In this document: piece after piece, positions 18,332 through 27,716 of the stretch
Position numbering within the stretch: the stretch's first letter is position 1
How the letters are laid out: every line of letters starts with the position of its first letter
Source: an uncultured Pseudomonadales bacterium
GTDB lineage: Bacteria; Patescibacteriota; Microgenomatia; UBA1400; PJMF01
DNA: 64,000 nt
NCBI GenBank assembly: GCA_964393205.1
Contig: CAYMSV010000002.1
Location: forward strand, 28,078 to 92,077
Reading direction: 5' to 3'
Made by a program: the position numbers and the translations under genes
Notes under the pieces: model-generated
Seen by the model: only the letters and a program-made list of their open reading frames with translations
Told to the model about the DNA's origin: nothing
The model's database searches: none

Positions 18332-20521
18332 TTATGAAAAACTTTTACTAGCTAAATATTCTTGAATCTTAACTCTAAAAACTTCTCTAGCCTTGCTACC
18401 CTGAGCAGGTCCGACAAAACCAGCCTCTTCTAGTTGGTCCAAAATACGAGCTGCCCGAGCATAACCCACAGACAAGTGACGCTGAATAGCACTAGAAGAA
18501 GCACTATCACTAGTACTAAATAACTGTGCTGCTTCATCAAATCTCTCATCTCGATCAGCCTCTCCCTCTACACTAACGCTAACGGAGCCTCCTACCCTGC
18601 TAACCTGATATTTATTAGTAATTTCTTCCTCATAATTTGGTTTTTTACCTCTAGATTTAAGAAAATCAATCAGTTGATCAATTTCTCTAGCATCAACGTA
18701 AGTGCCTTGAATACGTTGTGGTTTAGCTCTATTTGGAGATAAATAAAGCATATCTCCCTTACCTAAAAGTTTCTCTGCGCCAGGAGTATCTAAAATTACT
18801 CGACTATCAGTCACGCTCGAAACATTGAAGGCAATTCTGGTGGGCATGTTAGCCTTAATTAAGCCAGTGATTACATCAACAGATGGTCGCTGGGTAGCTA
18901 AAACCAAATGAATTCCTACCGCTCTAGCCATTTGAGCAATCCTAGTAACATTGTCTTCCACCTCTTTGGGAGCGAAAAGCATAATGTCTGCCATTTCATC
19001 AATAACAATCACAATATTTGGCATAGTGGCCAAACCAGCTAGCTCATTATAATCTCGAATACTTCTCACTCCAACATCTTCAAGCATTTTATAGCGCTTA
19101 GACATTAGCTCCGAAGCCCATTTAAGAGCCGACACCACTTTATCTGGATCAACAATGACTGGCGTTAACAAATGAGGAATATCTTTATATTTGGTCAACT
19201 CTACTCGTTTAGGATCAACCAAAATTAATTTAACCTCCTCTGGAGTGGCACGAAACAAAATGGAACACAAAAATGAATTAACACAAACAGATTTACCCGA
19301 ACCTGTGGCTCCAGCAATTAATAAATGGGGCATTTCGGCAATGTCTGCCACAATTGGTTTACCAGCTACATCAACTCCTAAACTAACTGCCAATTTTGAA
19401 GGATGTTTTTTTACCACTGGTGAAGATAGCATTGTCTTTAAGGGCACTATTTCAGCACTATGATTTGGTACCTCTACTCCTACCAAATTACGACCAGGAA
19501 TTGGTGCTTCAATTCTTACTTGTCCAGTCGGTGCTGCTAAAGCTAGAGCTAAATCAGTTGACAGCGCTGTAATTTTTGATAAACGAGTTCCTTTACTGAT
19601 ATCTAAAGCATACTGAGTAACTGCCGGACCAGGATTATATTCTGCAACCTTGGCGTTAATGCCAAAAGAATCTAGAGTATTTTCAATAACCTGAGCATTG
19701 GCTTTGACATCACCACGATCAGCTTTTGCTCCTCTCTCTACAGATAATAAAGACAGGGGAGGATAATCCCAAACCATTGGCATAGAAGAAGCATTGAGAG
19801 CTTCTTCTCCTTCTAAACCACCTGAAGATTTGGCAGCTTGAGTTTCTGCCTTGGTCAAAACAGCAGTACTACTAGTTTCATCAAGTTCGATTTCTTCATT
19901 AAAATCGGCTCCTCTCTTGAGAGTTTTCTTAGTAAAAGCTAATTTAGGAATTGAAAAGTGACGAGATTTTTTTATTTCTTTATCAGTTACATCTTCATCA
20001 ACAGATTTCAAACCTTTTTTAGCTAATTTCGCCTTACGACGATTGGCAATTATTTTGCTTAAACCATTAACTAAATCAGTCAAAGAACTCTGGGAAAGAA
20101 TTAAAAAACCAATTAAAGATAAGGAAGCAAACACTATATAAGCACCTATTGTGCTGATTAGTCTTGATAAATTATTGAAAATATTAATCCCAATTTCACC
20201 AGATCGAGATACTCCCATCACCCCAATCATCATTAAAATCACTCCGAGCAAAATTGTTGGCTTAGACCAAGCATGCTTGCTACGAATCATTACTAAACCT
20301 GAAGCAATAAAAACAAATGGTAAAAATAACATGGATAAGCCAAGTTTATCTGCTAAAAAATTGTTAAGAGCAATCAACCATTGTCCTTGTCCACTGAAAG
20401 AGACCAGCACCAAGCTACCAAACATAATTAGCAACACTGCTATTATTGAATAAGTGGTATCGGCTCGCATTTTTAAACGAATTGCTTTACGTTTTTTGCG
20501 ACGAGACTTTCTTTTTGCCAT
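18332..20521 (-). CDS. ftsK: DNA translocase FtsK
   Basis: N-terminal multi-TM region, Walker A GATGSGKSV, Walker B IVIVIDEMAD, and a C-terminal gamma (winged-helix) domain IQRHLSVGYARAARILDQLEEAGFVGP. Confidence 0.9.
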   Translation of the reverse strand: MAKRKSRRKKRKAIRLKMRADTTYSIIAVLLIMFGSLVLVSFSGQGQWLIALNNFLADKLGLSMLFLPFVFIASGLVMIRSKHAWSKPTILLGVILMMIGVMGVSRSGEIGINIFNNLSRLISTIGAYIVFASLSLIGFLILSQSSLTDLVNGLSKIIANRRKAKLAKKGLKSVDEDVTDKEIKKSRHFSIPKLAFTKKTLKRGADFNEEIELDETSSTAVLTKAETQAAKSSGGLEGEEALNASSMPMVWDYPPLSLLSVERGAKADRGDVKANAQVIENTLDSFGINAKVAEYNPGPAVTQYALDISKGTRLSKITALSTDLALALAAPTGQVRIEAPIPGRNLVGVEVPNHSAEIVPLKTMLSSPVVKKHPSKLAVSLGVDVAGKPIVADIAEMPHLLIAGATGSGKSVCVNSFLCSILFRATPEEVKLILVDPKRVELTKYKDIPHLLTPVIVDPDKVVSALKWASELMSKRYKMLEDVGVRSIRDYNELAGLATMPNIVIVIDEMADIMLFAPKEVEDNVTRIAQMARAVGIHLVLATQRPSVDVITGLIKANMPTRIAFNVSSVTDSRVILDTPGAEKLLGKGDMLYLSPNRAKPQRIQGTYVDAREIDQLIDFLKSRGKKPNYEEEITNKYQVSRVGGSVSVSVEGEADRDERFDEAAQLFSTSDSASSSAIQRHLSVGYARAARILDQLEEAGFVGPAQGSKAREVFRVKIQEYLASKSFS

Positions 20522-20609
20522 ATTTTGATCAGATTAGTTAACTCTATTTAAAAGCAAAACTCTTAAAACTGCAAGCAGCAAGGCTAAAAGAACAGTAATT
20601 TAGATAAAA

Positions 20610-22274
20610 CTAAAAATCCCAAATTACCGGTAAAATCATAGGTTCACGACGAATAATTTTGAATAAACGACGCGCTAAACGCTTTTCTAAGCGACGTTTT
20701 AATTCTTCATCTTTGACTTTTCTTCCCAAATCCTGAATGATAGCTACTGTTTCTTTTTCAATATATTTGACTACCTCATCAGCTTCTTTCATGAAAACAA
20801 AACCTCGTGAAATAACTTGCATTTTATTAAAATCGAACTGATTTTTAAATCTAGGTAACAATAAAACAATAATCCCAGCTTTAGATAAATTTAAACGATC
20901 AGATAAAACAACTGGACCAACATCACCTATACCTAAACCATCAATGGTTTTTGCAGACAGAGGAATTTCTTTAGCCACCGACACTCCTTGTTGATCAATT
21001 TGTAAGAGCTCTCCACTCTTAGGTATTAAAATTTGCCAATCTTTATAATCCAAAGGCTTGGCTACCGTTTTCTTAAATAGAGTTCGATGACGATCAGCAC
21101 CTCCAATAGGCATAATAAACTTAGGTTTGAGCAGTTTTAGCATTAATTCCTGCTCACTACGACTAGCATGACCAGAACGATGAATATCAGGACGAATGTC
21201 TGGATAAACAACCTCCACATCATCAGCTGCTAATTGATCAATAGCTGTGTAATAAGGAATTTCGTTACCTGGAATTACATCGGCTGAAAAAATCACTTTA
21301 TCACGATTACTAATCTGGACTATTTGGTGGTCGCCGTAAACAGCTCTGACTAAAGAAGAGCCTTCTTGACCCTGACTACCAGCTATAATTACACAGAGCT
21401 TATTATCTGGCAATTGATTAATTTTCTTCTTGTCTAAAAGTAAACCTTTTGGAATATTCAAACTTTTAGATTGAGCAGCACTTTTTACATTTTGTTCTAC
21501 GCTGCGACCAACAAAAACCACTTTTCTACCCAATTTACTACAGGCATCAACCGTTTGTTGAATACGATGTAAGTGAGAACTCATTAAAGTTACTAAAATC
21601 TTACCTTCAACACCTTGCATTTCTCTAAATAAAGCAGGACCAACTGTAGATTCAGAGGGAGTCCAATCATCTCTTTCAACTCGTAAACAATCTAAAGAGG
21701 CCATTAATAAGTCACCATCTTGACCAATTTTCTCAACAAAATCCATATCACTAAGCCGCCCATCAACAGGTTGTTTATCTAATTTAAAATCACTACCGTG
21801 GTAAATTTTACCCACAGGTGTCTCTAATAAAATATGTTTTGAATCGGGTACGGAATGAGTAACAGCAATCAATTGAAATTTAAAAGATTGACTTAAATTT
21901 AATTGTTGTCGATCATTTAAAACCTGAATTTTCCGATCAAGCTTCTTATCCCGTAAGCGATCATGAGCAAATTGAGCTGTCAATAGAGAAGCATAAATTG
22001 GAAAATCTGGCAAATTCGGCAATAGATAGGGTAAGGCTCCAATATGGTCGTCATGACCATGACTCAAGATCATACCAACTATCTTTGCTCCTGACTCTAA
22101 TTGATTTAATAAATAACTAATATCTGGAATAAGGGCATCTACCCCAGGCATATACATATCAGGGAAACCGATACCACAATCAATCAGCAATATTTCTTGT
22201 TGATATTGATATAAATAAAGGTTTTGGGTAACCCTACCCATACCTCCTAAAGCTAAAAAGTTAAGTTTTGACAT
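20610..22274 (-). CDS. rnj: Ribonuclease J (metallo-beta-lactamase/beta-CASP family)
   Basis: HxHxDH motif (ILSHGHDDHIGALP), beta-CASP region, and C-terminal RNase J domain. Start taken at ATG 22272-22274 (MSKLNFLALGG), which abuts the stop of the upstream UDG gene. Confidence 0.85.
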   Translation of the reverse strand: MSKLNFLALGGMGRVTQNLYLYQYQQEILLIDCGIGFPDMYMPGVDALIPDISYLLNQLESGAKIVGMILSHGHDDHIGALPYLLPNLPDFPIYASLLTAQFAHDRLRDKKLDRKIQVLNDRQQLNLSQSFKFQLIAVTHSVPDSKHILLETPVGKIYHGSDFKLDKQPVDGRLSDMDFVEKIGQDGDLLMASLDCLRVERDDWTPSESTVGPALFREMQGVEGKILVTLMSSHLHRIQQTVDACSKLGRKVVFVGRSVEQNVKSAAQSKSLNIPKGLLLDKKKINQLPDNKLCVIIAGSQGQEGSSLVRAVYGDHQIVQISNRDKVIFSADVIPGNEIPYYTAIDQLAADDVEVVYPDIRPDIHRSGHASRSEQELMLKLLKPKFIMPIGGADRHRTLFKKTVAKPLDYKDWQILIPKSGELLQIDQQGVSVAKEIPLSAKTIDGLGIGDVGPVVLSDRLNLSKAGIIVLLLPRFKNQFDFNKMQVISRGFVFMKEADEVVKYIEKETVAIIQDLGRKVKDEELKRRLEKRLARRLFKIIRREPMILPVIWDF

Positions 22275-22276
22275 AT

Positions 22277-22936
22277 TTAAAATAATTCCTCTCTCAATTG
22301 TTCTTTTAATTTCAAAGTTTCTTGTTGTGAATCTATCCACTTTATAATTTTTTTAATTTTTTTGAAGTCTTCAATAAATGATTTTTTAACCCGACCAGAC
22401 CTCAGAGCTGCTGCTGGATGATACATTGGTAAAACAAATAAATCTTGATTTTGCCACCTCAACTTATGTAATCGACCGTGTATTTGTGAAATTTTAACAT
22501 CTTCTAAAAATTTGGCCATACTAAAACGTCCTAAGGTAACAATTAATTTAGGTTGAATTAGTTCAATCTCTTTATCTAAAAAAGGTTTAAAAGCTAAAAT
22601 TTCTTTAGGTGAAGGGTCTCGATTATTTGGTGGACGCACCTTTACAATGTTGCTAATAAAAACTGTTTCGGCTGGTAAATCAATTTCTAAAAGAGTTTTA
22701 CGCAATAATTGTCCTGAACGACCAACAAAAGGACGTCTTTCCAAAGCCTCATGATAACCAGGAGCCTCACCAATCAGCATAATTTCAGCATCTTGTTTGC
22801 CTTCACCATGAACTATATCCTCAGCTCGATTAGCTAAAGGAAGTATATTTACATTTTTTTCAAGTAAAGATTCTAATTTAGATAAATTTTTAAGTTCAAT
22901 TAATAGTTTCTCCACTGATAAATCAGTCTTTGACAT
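22277..22936 (-). CDS. Uracil-DNA glycosylase, family 4
   Basis: GEAPG...E...PFVGRSGQLL motif typical of family-4 UDG. HPAA near the C-terminus. Confidence 0.8.
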   Translation of the reverse strand: MSKTDLSVEKLLIELKNLSKLESLLEKNVNILPLANRAEDIVHGEGKQDAEIMLIGEAPGYHEALERRPFVGRSGQLLRKTLLEIDLPAETVFISNIVKVRPPNNRDPSPKEILAFKPFLDKEIELIQPKLIVTLGRFSMAKFLEDVKISQIHGRLHKLRWQNQDLFVLPMYHPAAALRSGRVKKSFIEDFKKIKKIIKWIDSQQETLKLKEQLREELF

Positions 22937-22955
22937 ATCCCAATTCTAACACAAA

Positions 22956-24020
22956 CTAATAGCTAGGTAGAAAAATCTTAACATTATCCGGACCTATAAT
23001 CACTTCTTTAAAACCTCTTTCTACAATAATTCGCGCGGCTTTACGCACCGCACCTTTAAGAGTGCGCTGCAATGTTCTCACTCCGGCATCAAAACCTAAA
23101 GGACGTACTAGCGTTGGCCAAATAGCCTCATCAATCTTAAACTGATTTTCTTTTAAGCCAGCTTCTTTCATAACACCTGGCAAAATATACTTTTTTGCAA
23201 TCACAATTTTCTCTTCGTCACTATAAGAAGGCATATCAATTCGCTCCATACGATCAATTACTGCTGTTGCAATACGTCTAGTATTATTACAAGTAGCAAT
23301 AAAAATAGCCTGACTTAAATTAACTGGATAATTAATATAGTTGTCTACAAAGGCATGGTTCTGAGCAGGATCTAATAGTTCTACTAAAACCCCCATAATG
23401 TCATTGTTAGCTTCATCAGCAGCTCGATCAATTTCATCTAGTAAAATTACGGGATTCATTGTCTTAGCTTCACACAAACCCTGAATAATTGCCCCTGGTT
23501 GAGCTTCTAAAATTAATCTTGATTCTCCACGTAATTCTTTAGCAGATACCATACCACCAATAGGAATACGCAATATCTGTCGTCCCAATGCTTCTGCTAA
23601 AGAATAAGCAAAAGTGGTTTTTCCAGTTCCCACTAAACCAACTAAAAGTAATATTGGAGCAGAAAATTCTTGATTGGTAAAATTTTGTTTTTGTAAATTA
23701 AGAATTGCTAAATATTCTAAAAAACGATCTTTAACCTCTTTTAAACCATAATGATGTTTATCAAAAATCGCTTTAGCCGCCTGAATATCCAGTGTATCTT
23801 CACTCTTTTGAGCAAAAGGGATTTTGATCACCCAATCTAAATAACGAGAAACTTTGTCATATTTTTCATCATAATTTCCCAACTTAACGCTACGTTCTAG
23901 AGAAACTAATTCTTTTTTTAGTTTTAATAACAGTTCTTCTGGTAATTGAATCTGTTCAATTTTAGCTCTTAACTCGTCAAGTTCCTGATTTAAAATTTCT
24001 TCAGAATTAATTTGAGACAT
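22956..24020 (-). CDS. Lon-like AAA+ ATPase module lacking the N-terminal (LAN) and C-terminal protease domains
   Basis: Collinear with LonA residues ~230-590: coiled-coil, then HYGLKEVKDRFLEYLAI, Walker A GLVGTGKTT, Walker B ILLDEIDR, sensor-2 region DAGVRTLQRTLKGAVRKAARIIV. The ORF ends where the S16 protease domain would begin. Start taken at the internal ATG (MSQINSEE) to avoid overlap with the upstream gene. Confidence 0.7.
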   Translation of the reverse strand: MSQINSEEILNQELDELRAKIEQIQLPEELLLKLKKELVSLERSVKLGNYDEKYDKVSRYLDWVIKIPFAQKSEDTLDIQAAKAIFDKHHYGLKEVKDRFLEYLAILNLQKQNFTNQEFSAPILLLVGLVGTGKTTFAYSLAEALGRQILRIPIGGMVSAKELRGESRLILEAQPGAIIQGLCEAKTMNPVILLDEIDRAADEANNDIMGVLVELLDPAQNHAFVDNYINYPVNLSQAIFIATCNNTRRIATAVIDRMERIDMPSYSDEEKIVIAKKYILPGVMKEAGLKENQFKIDEAIWPTLVRPLGFDAGVRTLQRTLKGAVRKAARIIVERGFKEVIIGPDNVKIFLPSY

Positions 24021-24027
24021 AAAAAGA

Positions 24028-24537
24028 TTAAAATTGCTTTGCTTGAAGTGTAAATCCCAGTCCAATGCTTAACATTGCTAAGGCCAAAAACAAAATAGTA
24101 GTAGTAGTTGAACCAGCTTCCGGCAAAGTATCTTCAGTACTACTAATCGTAGCTTCTTCAGATTCTGTTGCTTCAGCAACCTCACCAATAGTTAAAACGA
24201 AATCTAATGTTTCATCTCCAGATTCTAAATTAAATTGATGATCACCTTCAGCCAAAGATGAAACCAAGTTTGTCCAACCCCCTTCTGCATCAGCTGTCGC
24301 TGTTTGAGTTGAATCGTTAATCAAGATAGATATGGTAGCAGAGGGAGAAGCTAAACCAGTTAATTCGAAAGTTCCACCAGAATAAGTATAACTTTTCAAG
24401 CTTCCTCCCAGATCTAAATCAGACACATCCATAGCTCCTAAACCAGTGATTTGCAAAGAAGAAGCTAAAACCTTTTGAAAAAAAAGCAAGGGAAAAGCGA
24501 GTAATAACAATGTAGTAACAATTAAAATTTTTCTCAT
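24028..24537 (-). CDS. Small secreted protein with C-terminal LPEAG sorting signal (paralog of 17771..18268)
   Basis: Signal peptide. Shares SGG..L.G.ASPSA...I...D...AD.EG.W and G.ETLD.V..I.EVA blocks with the LPESG protein. C-terminal LPEAG, then hydrophobic segment STTTTILFLALAMLSIGLGFTL, then QAKQF. Confidence 0.6.
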   Translation of the reverse strand: MRKILIVTTLLLLAFPLLFFQKVLASSLQITGLGAMDVSDLDLGGSLKSYTYSGGTFELTGLASPSATISILINDSTQTATADAEGGWTNLVSSLAEGDHQFNLESGDETLDFVLTIGEVAEATESEEATISSTEDTLPEAGSTTTTILFLALAMLSIGLGFTLQAKQF

Positions 24538-24560
24538 ATATCCTATTCAGTCTAGCATTT

Positions 24561-25499
24561 TTATTTTTTTTGCACAGCTAGTAATTCCAACATTTGATTA
24601 CGACGTAATAAACCAGTTTTACCTCCGTAAAACCTCACAACACTGCTTGCATTACGAACTCCCCAAACAATTGCCTCCTCCACCTTTCGATTATCCAATA
24701 GAGCAGCAATATAGGCAGCAGCAAAAGAGTCGCCAGCACCTGTATTGTCTACAGCACTACCAGATTGCCCCTCATAAATAAATTTCTTTTTACCATACAA
24801 GTAGACTTCTCCACCTTTCTTACCCATAGTCACAATTACTTGTGGAAAATGAGCTAGAATTTCTTCCTGAACTTCAGCTAACAACAACCATTCCTGTTGA
24901 TTAACAAAAAATACTTCACAGGGAATTTTATCTAAATCAAAAGTTCTATTTACCAATAGCTCTATTTCACTTTTACCAGGATTCCATGATAACTTAGTGT
25001 CTTGGTCTTTGATTAAACTATTAAAAATTTTCAACAAAGTATTTTTTTGACCAGCAATACTAGATAAGTGAACCCAACTGGCTTGAGTTAACCAAAAAGA
25101 GGGAATGTCATAAGGGTCAAGCATTGAAGCTGCACCTCGATGAGTCATGGCTACTCGATCTCCACCTTTAGTTACTAATAGCACACTTCCTCCAGTTCTT
25201 TCTAATTTTTCTCTAATCAGTAACTGTGTACTGACACCCTCTCGTTCAAAATCTCTCACTATTAAATCAGAAAATTCGTCATGACCAGTTTCAGAAATAA
25301 CTGCCGTTTTATAACCCAAACGAGCTAAAGCTACTGAAGTATTACTGGCTCCACCACCAGTGAAAATGTGGAAATCATTTAAATCTAATTTGTCTCCATA
25401 AGTCAAAACATGTTGTTGTTTGTTACGATCAGTCTCTAGATCTTTAGAGCTAATAAAAATGTCAACTAGTGAAGATCCAATGCTAATACAATCGTACAT
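24561..25499 (-). CDS. PfkB-family carbohydrate kinase (ribokinase-like)
   Basis: GGGASNTSVALARLG and C-terminal DNTGAGDSFAAAYIAAL (anion-hole/GAGD) motifs. Confidence 0.8.
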   Translation of the reverse strand: MYDCISIGSSLVDIFISSKDLETDRNKQQHVLTYGDKLDLNDFHIFTGGGASNTSVALARLGYKTAVISETGHDEFSDLIVRDFEREGVSTQLLIREKLERTGGSVLLVTKGGDRVAMTHRGAASMLDPYDIPSFWLTQASWVHLSSIAGQKNTLLKIFNSLIKDQDTKLSWNPGKSEIELLVNRTFDLDKIPCEVFFVNQQEWLLLAEVQEEILAHFPQVIVTMGKKGGEVYLYGKKKFIYEGQSGSAVDNTGAGDSFAAAYIAALLDNRKVEEAIVWGVRNASSVVRFYGGKTGLLRRNQMLELLAVQKK

Positions 25500-25563
25500 A
25501 GGCAGTTAAAACATTGTACAAGATAAAGAAGTCAGTTTGCAAGACTTGAGATTATTTTTGATC

Positions 25564-26184
25564 TTATTCTAAACGTTTTTCCATTTCTTCTTCAAATAAA
25601 TGAAGAGCTATTTTAAACTCTTCTAAATTATCAACAATTCGATATACTTTTGATTCTTTATAACCAATTAAAAAATGTTTGTGAATGACATCCATCACTT
25701 CATGCCAAAAATGACCATATAAAATCATTGGCTTATGATTACCATAATAAAGATGAGCCAAAAGCCAAGCAGTAGCCCATTCACTTAAAGTACCAGTTCC
25801 ACCTTGAAAACAAACAAAAAGATCAGAATTGTCCATTAAACCAAACATCCGTTCTATATAATTACTGGTTTTAATTTCCCGGTCAACTATATTATCTCCA
25901 TCACGACCCTCAAACTCTGGCATATTAACTGGATTAAAAGTAACTGCCATTGTCTTGCCATTTGTGGATTGAGCTCCTTTGGTAGCAGCTCCCATGACTC
26001 CTGGACCCCCACCGTTAACTACAATTTTCTTTTGACTGGCCACATAGGCAGCTATTTCAAAAGCAGCTTGACAAACTGGATGGTCATCATCTAGATCTGC
26101 GCCTCCATAAAAAGCAATTTTTTCTACCTTACACAAGCGATTCGCTCCCGGAACCACTATTTTTTTTCGTTCTTCTTTGGTCAT
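25564..26184 (-). CDS. LOG-family protein (TIGR00730; cytokinin riboside 5'-monophosphate phosphoribohydrolase-like)
   Basis: NGGGPGVMGA and FQGGTGTLSE motifs characteristic of the LOG/lysine-decarboxylase-like family. Confidence 0.75.
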   Translation of the reverse strand: MTKEERKKIVVPGANRLCKVEKIAFYGGADLDDDHPVCQAAFEIAAYVASQKKIVVNGGGPGVMGAATKGAQSTNGKTMAVTFNPVNMPEFEGRDGDNIVDREIKTSNYIERMFGLMDNSDLFVCFQGGTGTLSEWATAWLLAHLYYGNHKPMILYGHFWHEVMDVIHKHFLIGYKESKVYRIVDNLEEFKIALHLFEEEMEKRLE

Positions 26185-26852
26185 AAAAGCTCCTTTTTCA
26201 AATTATTAAAAGCCAAATCAAAATTTTGAGCATTAAATAGTGCTGATCCAATAGCTACCTGATCAACCCCAGATTTTTCTAAAATTTTGAGATATTCAGC
26301 TTTAACTCCGCCATCCACACTAATTCTTAAGCGCTTGTCTATTTTCCCTGACAGAGTTTTTAGTTCTTTAATTTTATCAAGCACCAACTTATTAAAAAAT
26401 TGACCCTGTTGACCAGCTTCAACTGCCATCAACAATACCTGGTCCAAATTTTCCCAAGAAGAATCCTCTATATTCTCAAGAGGAGTAAAAAGGTCTAGTG
26501 CTAAACCTGTTTGCCAACCGGATTTTTTAACTTCTTCTAAAAAATCTGATTGTTGAGACATCTTTTCAATCTGACCTATCACCGACCTAGTTGGCAATCG
26601 CTTACCACATTCAATTAACTCCCAAACATAATCCATTGGCTCTTCCGTCATTAAATGAAAGTCAATTGATAATTGAGCAAAATCAAAATCTATTAAGTCA
26701 CTTGGACTGACAGTAACATTATCGGCAAACAAAGCATCAATAATATCTATTTGCACAACTTTAATGTCCGATTGTTGTTTTACTAAATCCAACTGCTGGG
26801 CAAAAGTAGCAAGACTGTCAGTTAAAATAGCTGGGTTAATTTGCATTAGCAA
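26181..26852 (-). CDS. Ribulose-phosphate 3-epimerase-like (divergent)
   Basis: TIM-barrel-like pattern with IDFHLM (His-x-Met), MAVEAGQQGQ(F), and ISVDGGV (DGG) matching Rpe landmarks. Divergent. Confidence 0.55.
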   Translation of the reverse strand: MLMQINPAILTDSLATFAQQLDLVKQQSDIKVVQIDIIDALFADNVTVSPSDLIDFDFAQLSIDFHLMTEEPMDYVWELIECGKRLPTRSVIGQIEKMSQQSDFLEEVKKSGWQTGLALDLFTPLENIEDSSWENLDQVLLMAVEAGQQGQFFNKLVLDKIKELKTLSGKIDKRLRISVDGGVKAEYLKILEKSGVDQVAIGSALFNAQNFDLAFNNLKKELL

Positions 26853-27297
26853 TCCTTACTTGTTCTTCATAATCAGTAATTTGCTTAATTCTTCTTAGGT
26901 GTCTTGTTTCTTTACTGGGATTTGTTTTCATAATTGTTAACAAACAATCTAAAACTTTCTGCTTAGTCAAAAAATCAGCTCCAAAAGCAAAAACATTGGC
27001 ATGATTATCTTCAACAGCATGTTTTGCAATTTTTTCATCATAAACATCCACTGCTCGAATACCCTTGACCTTGTTAGCCGCTATCACCATCCCCGATCCA
27101 GAACGACAAAACAACAGACCAATACTGTCATCATTGTCTTGAGTAATTCTTTCTGCTAATTTGAAAGCAAATTGTGGATAATCGTCATCTGGATCAAGTT
27201 CACTGGGACCCAAGTCAATAACTTGGTCTTTTAAAAAAAGTTTAATTTCTTCTTTGAGTTTAAATCCTCCATGATCACTAGCAATATAAATTTTCAT
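26836..27297 (-). CDS. rpiB: Ribose-5-phosphate isomerase B
   Basis: MKIYIASDHGGFKLKEEI... matches the RpiB/LacAB N-terminus. Start taken at the internal ATG (27295-27297); the longer ORF adds a hydrophobic leader. Confidence 0.8.
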   Translation of the reverse strand: MKIYIASDHGGFKLKEEIKLFLKDQVIDLGPSELDPDDDYPQFAFKLAERITQDNDDSIGLLFCRSGSGMVIAANKVKGIRAVDVYDEKIAKHAVEDNHANVFAFGADFLTKQKVLDCLLTIMKTNPSKETRHLRRIKQITDYEEQVRIANAN

Positions 27298-27335
27298 AAA
27301 CTTATCATAACAAATAAATAACAAAACCAATAAAG

Positions 27336-27369
27336 AAAAACCCCGCATTAATAAAAAGGCGGGGTTTTA
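27336..27369. terminator. Bidirectional rho-independent terminator hairpin
   Basis: aaaaaCCCCGC-attaataaaaag-GCGGGGtttt: GC-rich stem flanked by an A-run and a T-run. Downstream of the minus-strand 66-aa ORF. Confidence 0.6.
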
Positions 27370-27387
27370 ATTGACAAATGAGAAAAA

Positions 27388-27588
27388 TTATTTTTTCTTC
27401 AAAACTGGCATGCCAGTGCGAGATGTCTCAACAACCATATAACCGGCTGGGACTTCGCTCAGGGAACCATCACGAATGTCACGTGCAAAAAAGTAAATGG
27501 TTTGCACACGACCATTTTTTAAGGTCACATCACGAGTGTGAAGATAATAAGTTTGACCCTTTTTATTGGTGTAGCTAAAAGCTGCCAT
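27388..27588 (-). CDS. Hypothetical small protein (66 aa)
   Basis: Intact ORF followed by a strong terminator. No recognisable motif. Confidence 0.4.
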   Translation of the reverse strand: MAAFSYTNKKGQTYYLHTRDVTLKNGRVQTIYFFARDIRDGSLSEVPAGYMVVETSRTGMPVLKKK

Positions 27589-27716
27589 ACTATTCTCCTT
27601 CTTCCTGACTCCTGGCCAGGATAATTGTTAATTACTAATTCCTAGAGTAGCATACTTGACTAGTATATCAAGAAGCAATTTTAATTTTTAACTATCAAAA
27701 TATATCAATGTATATC

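Noticed and set aside
25500-25563. Hairpin AAGTC-agtttgca-GACTT followed by T-run on the plus strand between pfkB and LOG genes
   Set aside because: The T-run follows the hairpin only on the plus strand, where no gene is transcribed. On the coding (minus) strand there is no T-tract, so it is unlikely to be a functional terminator.
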